Below the pieces are notes generated by a model. That model did not search any database and was not told the origin of the DNA. It saw only the letters and a program-made list of their open reading frames with translations. A program made the position numbers and the translations under genes. From Macrostomum lignano (taxonomy: Eukaryota), in assembly GCA_002269645.1 (NCBI GenBank), contig NIVC01000598.1, positions 346,286 through 410,285 of the forward strand: a stretch of 64,000 nt of DNA. The letters run 5' to 3'. Positions 62,198 through 64,000 of this stretch are shown here, piece after piece. Each line of letters starts with the position of its first letter. Positions within the stretch are counted from its first letter, which is position 1.

Positions 62198-64000
62198 CTA
62201 ATCTTTCTCCAAAGCCGCAGTTCGGAGACAACCACCATCGAGGCACCTGAAAATAGGTTAAATGGGTTATACATTTACTAACGGAAAATAATGTACACGG
62301 AATAGAGACCAGTGAGAATAAACACAGACAAACTGAAGAGAAACACAGACAAACTGAAGATAAACACAGAATAACTGAAGAGAAACACAGACAGACAAAC
62401 TGAAGAAGAAAACACAAACAGACGAACTTAAAAACACAAAGATAAACAGAGCAGAAAACAAACAAAAAGGTTAAAACTTCAAAGCACCTCTGCTGAAGCA
62501 CTAGAGGCAGCGGCAAGCTTCTAACGGCCTTTTCGTAACGCCATCCATATCCGGTCTCGAACCCCGGCCTCTCCATCTCGGACACCTTCAACAGCTGCCG
62601 TCTGACACACGCACAGCACAGATCGCTTAGGCTGGCCACTCTACGGCAGCGGCAGGTGTCGCAGCTGCTCGGCGATACGCCGGCCGCGGACAGGGCGGCG
62701 TGAAGTCGGTGCAGTTCGTCGCTGTGCCGGCAGTCCTGCAGATCCCAACCTGATGAGAGGCCGCCGCCGTCCCAGCCGTTGCTAAGCAACCAGGAGAGCA
62801 GGCGGCGCACCAGGCAGATTCGAGTCTCGGCCACGCCAGGCCGACCGTCGTCGAGTCGCCTCGGGTGCAGCCGGTGTAGGCAGCGCAGCGGACCGGCGTC
62901 GGACACGCGGTTGCCATGGAAACGGTAGCCTCTAGCAAGTGTGTGGGGGTTGAATAGGGCGCGAATTGATGGACATTTTAAGATCTGGAAATTTACCAAG
63001 CAAGGGACTAAGCGAGGACAGCAAGGCCTGAGGATCTTGGAGTCTGGCCCAGCAACTGAGGATCTGGGAGGGCGGTGGTGGCCCAGCAACTGAGGATCTG
63101 GGAGGGCGGTGGTGGCCCAGCAACTGAGGATCTGGGAGGGCGGTGGTGGCCCAGCAACTGAGGATCTGGGAGGGCGGTGGTGGCCCAGCAACTGAGGATC
63201 TGGGAGGGCGGTGGTGGCCCAGCAACTGAGGATCTGGGAGGGCGGTGGTGGCCCAGCAACTGAGGATCTGGGAGGGCGGTGGTGGCCCTGCAACTGAGGA
63301 TCTGGGAGGGCGGTGGTGGCCCAGCAACTGAGGATCTGGGAGGGCGGTGGTGGCCCAGCAACTGAGGATCTGGGAGGGCGGTGGTGGCCCAGCAACTGAG
63401 GATCTGGGAGGGCGGTGGTGGCCCAGCAACTGAGGATCTGGGAGGGCGGTGGTGGCCCAGCAACTGAGGATCTGGGAGGGCGGTGGTGGCCCAGCAACTG
63501 AGGATCTGGGAGGGCGGTGGTGGCCCAGCAACTGAGGATCTGGGAGGGCGGTGGTGGCCCAGCAACTGAGGATCTGGGAGGGCGGTGGTGGCCCAGCAAC
63601 TGAGGATCTGGAGGGCGGTGGTGGCCCAGCAACTGAGGATCTGGGAAGGCGGTGGTGGCCCAGCAACTGAAGATCTCGGAGGCTGGCCTAGCAACTGAGG
63701 ATCTGGGAGGATGGCCCAGCAACTGAGGATCTGGGAAGGAATTACCTATCGGCAAGGCTCTCCAGCAGTTCCCGACAGTCCAGCCAGGCCAGCCGCTGCC
63801 GATGCAGCAACAGCAGTACAAAGCCGGCCAGCGTTGTCGGCTCAGACCTGTACACCAGACTGCCGCCCTCCTCCTCCCGAACTCGACACTGGCTAACCTG
63901 AAATTGGGACTCCAAGCGAGGCAGCCGAGCAACGGAGATGAAGCACTGAGCCAGGCTCAGCATGCCCAGAGACAGCGCAGTCACCAGTGCGCTCCTGTCC
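62198..64000 (-). CDS. SOCS-box protein, probably ankyrin repeat and SOCS box (ASB-like); 5'-partial; exons >64000-63746, 62931-62488, 62246-62198
   Basis: BC box VASLSDLCCACVRRQL and Cul5-type box AVRSLPLPLVLQQRCL lie at the C-terminus. Phase-2 junctions GAT AG|GTAATT / ctag|A and AG|GTGCTT / ttttcag|G are consistent. DRSALVTALSLGMLSLAQCFI is ankyrin-like, but that call is weak. Confidence 0.7.
62778..62923. promoter_or_regulatory. Two RFX X-box-like palindromes
   Basis: GTTGCTAAGCAAC (62778-62790) and GTTGCCATGGAAAC (62910-62923) match the RFX X-box consensus; function is not shown. Confidence 0.35.
63045..63735 (-). repeat. 34-bp variant of the CCCAGCAACTGAGGATCTGGGAG-core minisatellite
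   Basis: Unit GCCCAGCAACTGAGGATCTGGGAGGGCGGTGGTG; fills the SOCS-box gene intron. Confidence 0.97.

Noticed and set aside
61545-63735. CRISPR-like look of a palindromic repeat core with intervening sequence
   Set aside because: The linkers are short and nearly identical rather than unique spacers, there are no cas genes, and the context is eukaryotic introns.

Overview
This is eukaryotic (animal) genomic DNA: GC-rich exons sit among AT-rich introns and more than 40 micro- and minisatellite arrays. The overall style resembles a free-living flatworm such as Macrostomum (inference, not proven). Seven protein-coding units can be built from splice sites and reading-frame phase: (1) Rab escort protein (CHM/REP-like, minus strand, 3965-502), broken by one -1 frameshift at GGGCCCC; (2) a TK2/dNK-type deoxynucleoside kinase (plus, about 5450-11221); (3) a 4-exon DEG/ENaC channel (minus, 25549-20226) with altered HG and GAS motifs; (4) an intronless allatostatin-A/galanin-type GPCR (plus, 44350-45684); (5) a 5-exon, four-EF-hand calmodulin-like gene (minus, 55226-52151); (6) an uncharacterised coiled-coil protein with LC8-type motifs (minus, 61408-56155, one gene or two); (7) the 3' part of a SOCS-box, probably ankyrin-repeat, gene that runs off the right edge. 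The window also holds several MITE-like elements, a foldback element filled with telomere-like repeats, and two tRNA-derived SINE-like copies. Most long ORFs in the supplied track are artefacts of tandem repeats or antisense shadows of GC-rich exons. I found no proven new system. The best leads are the tightly packed minus-strand cluster at 52-64 kb (X-boxes, GC-AG introns, possible operon), the divergent DEG/ENaC, and the REP frameshift.
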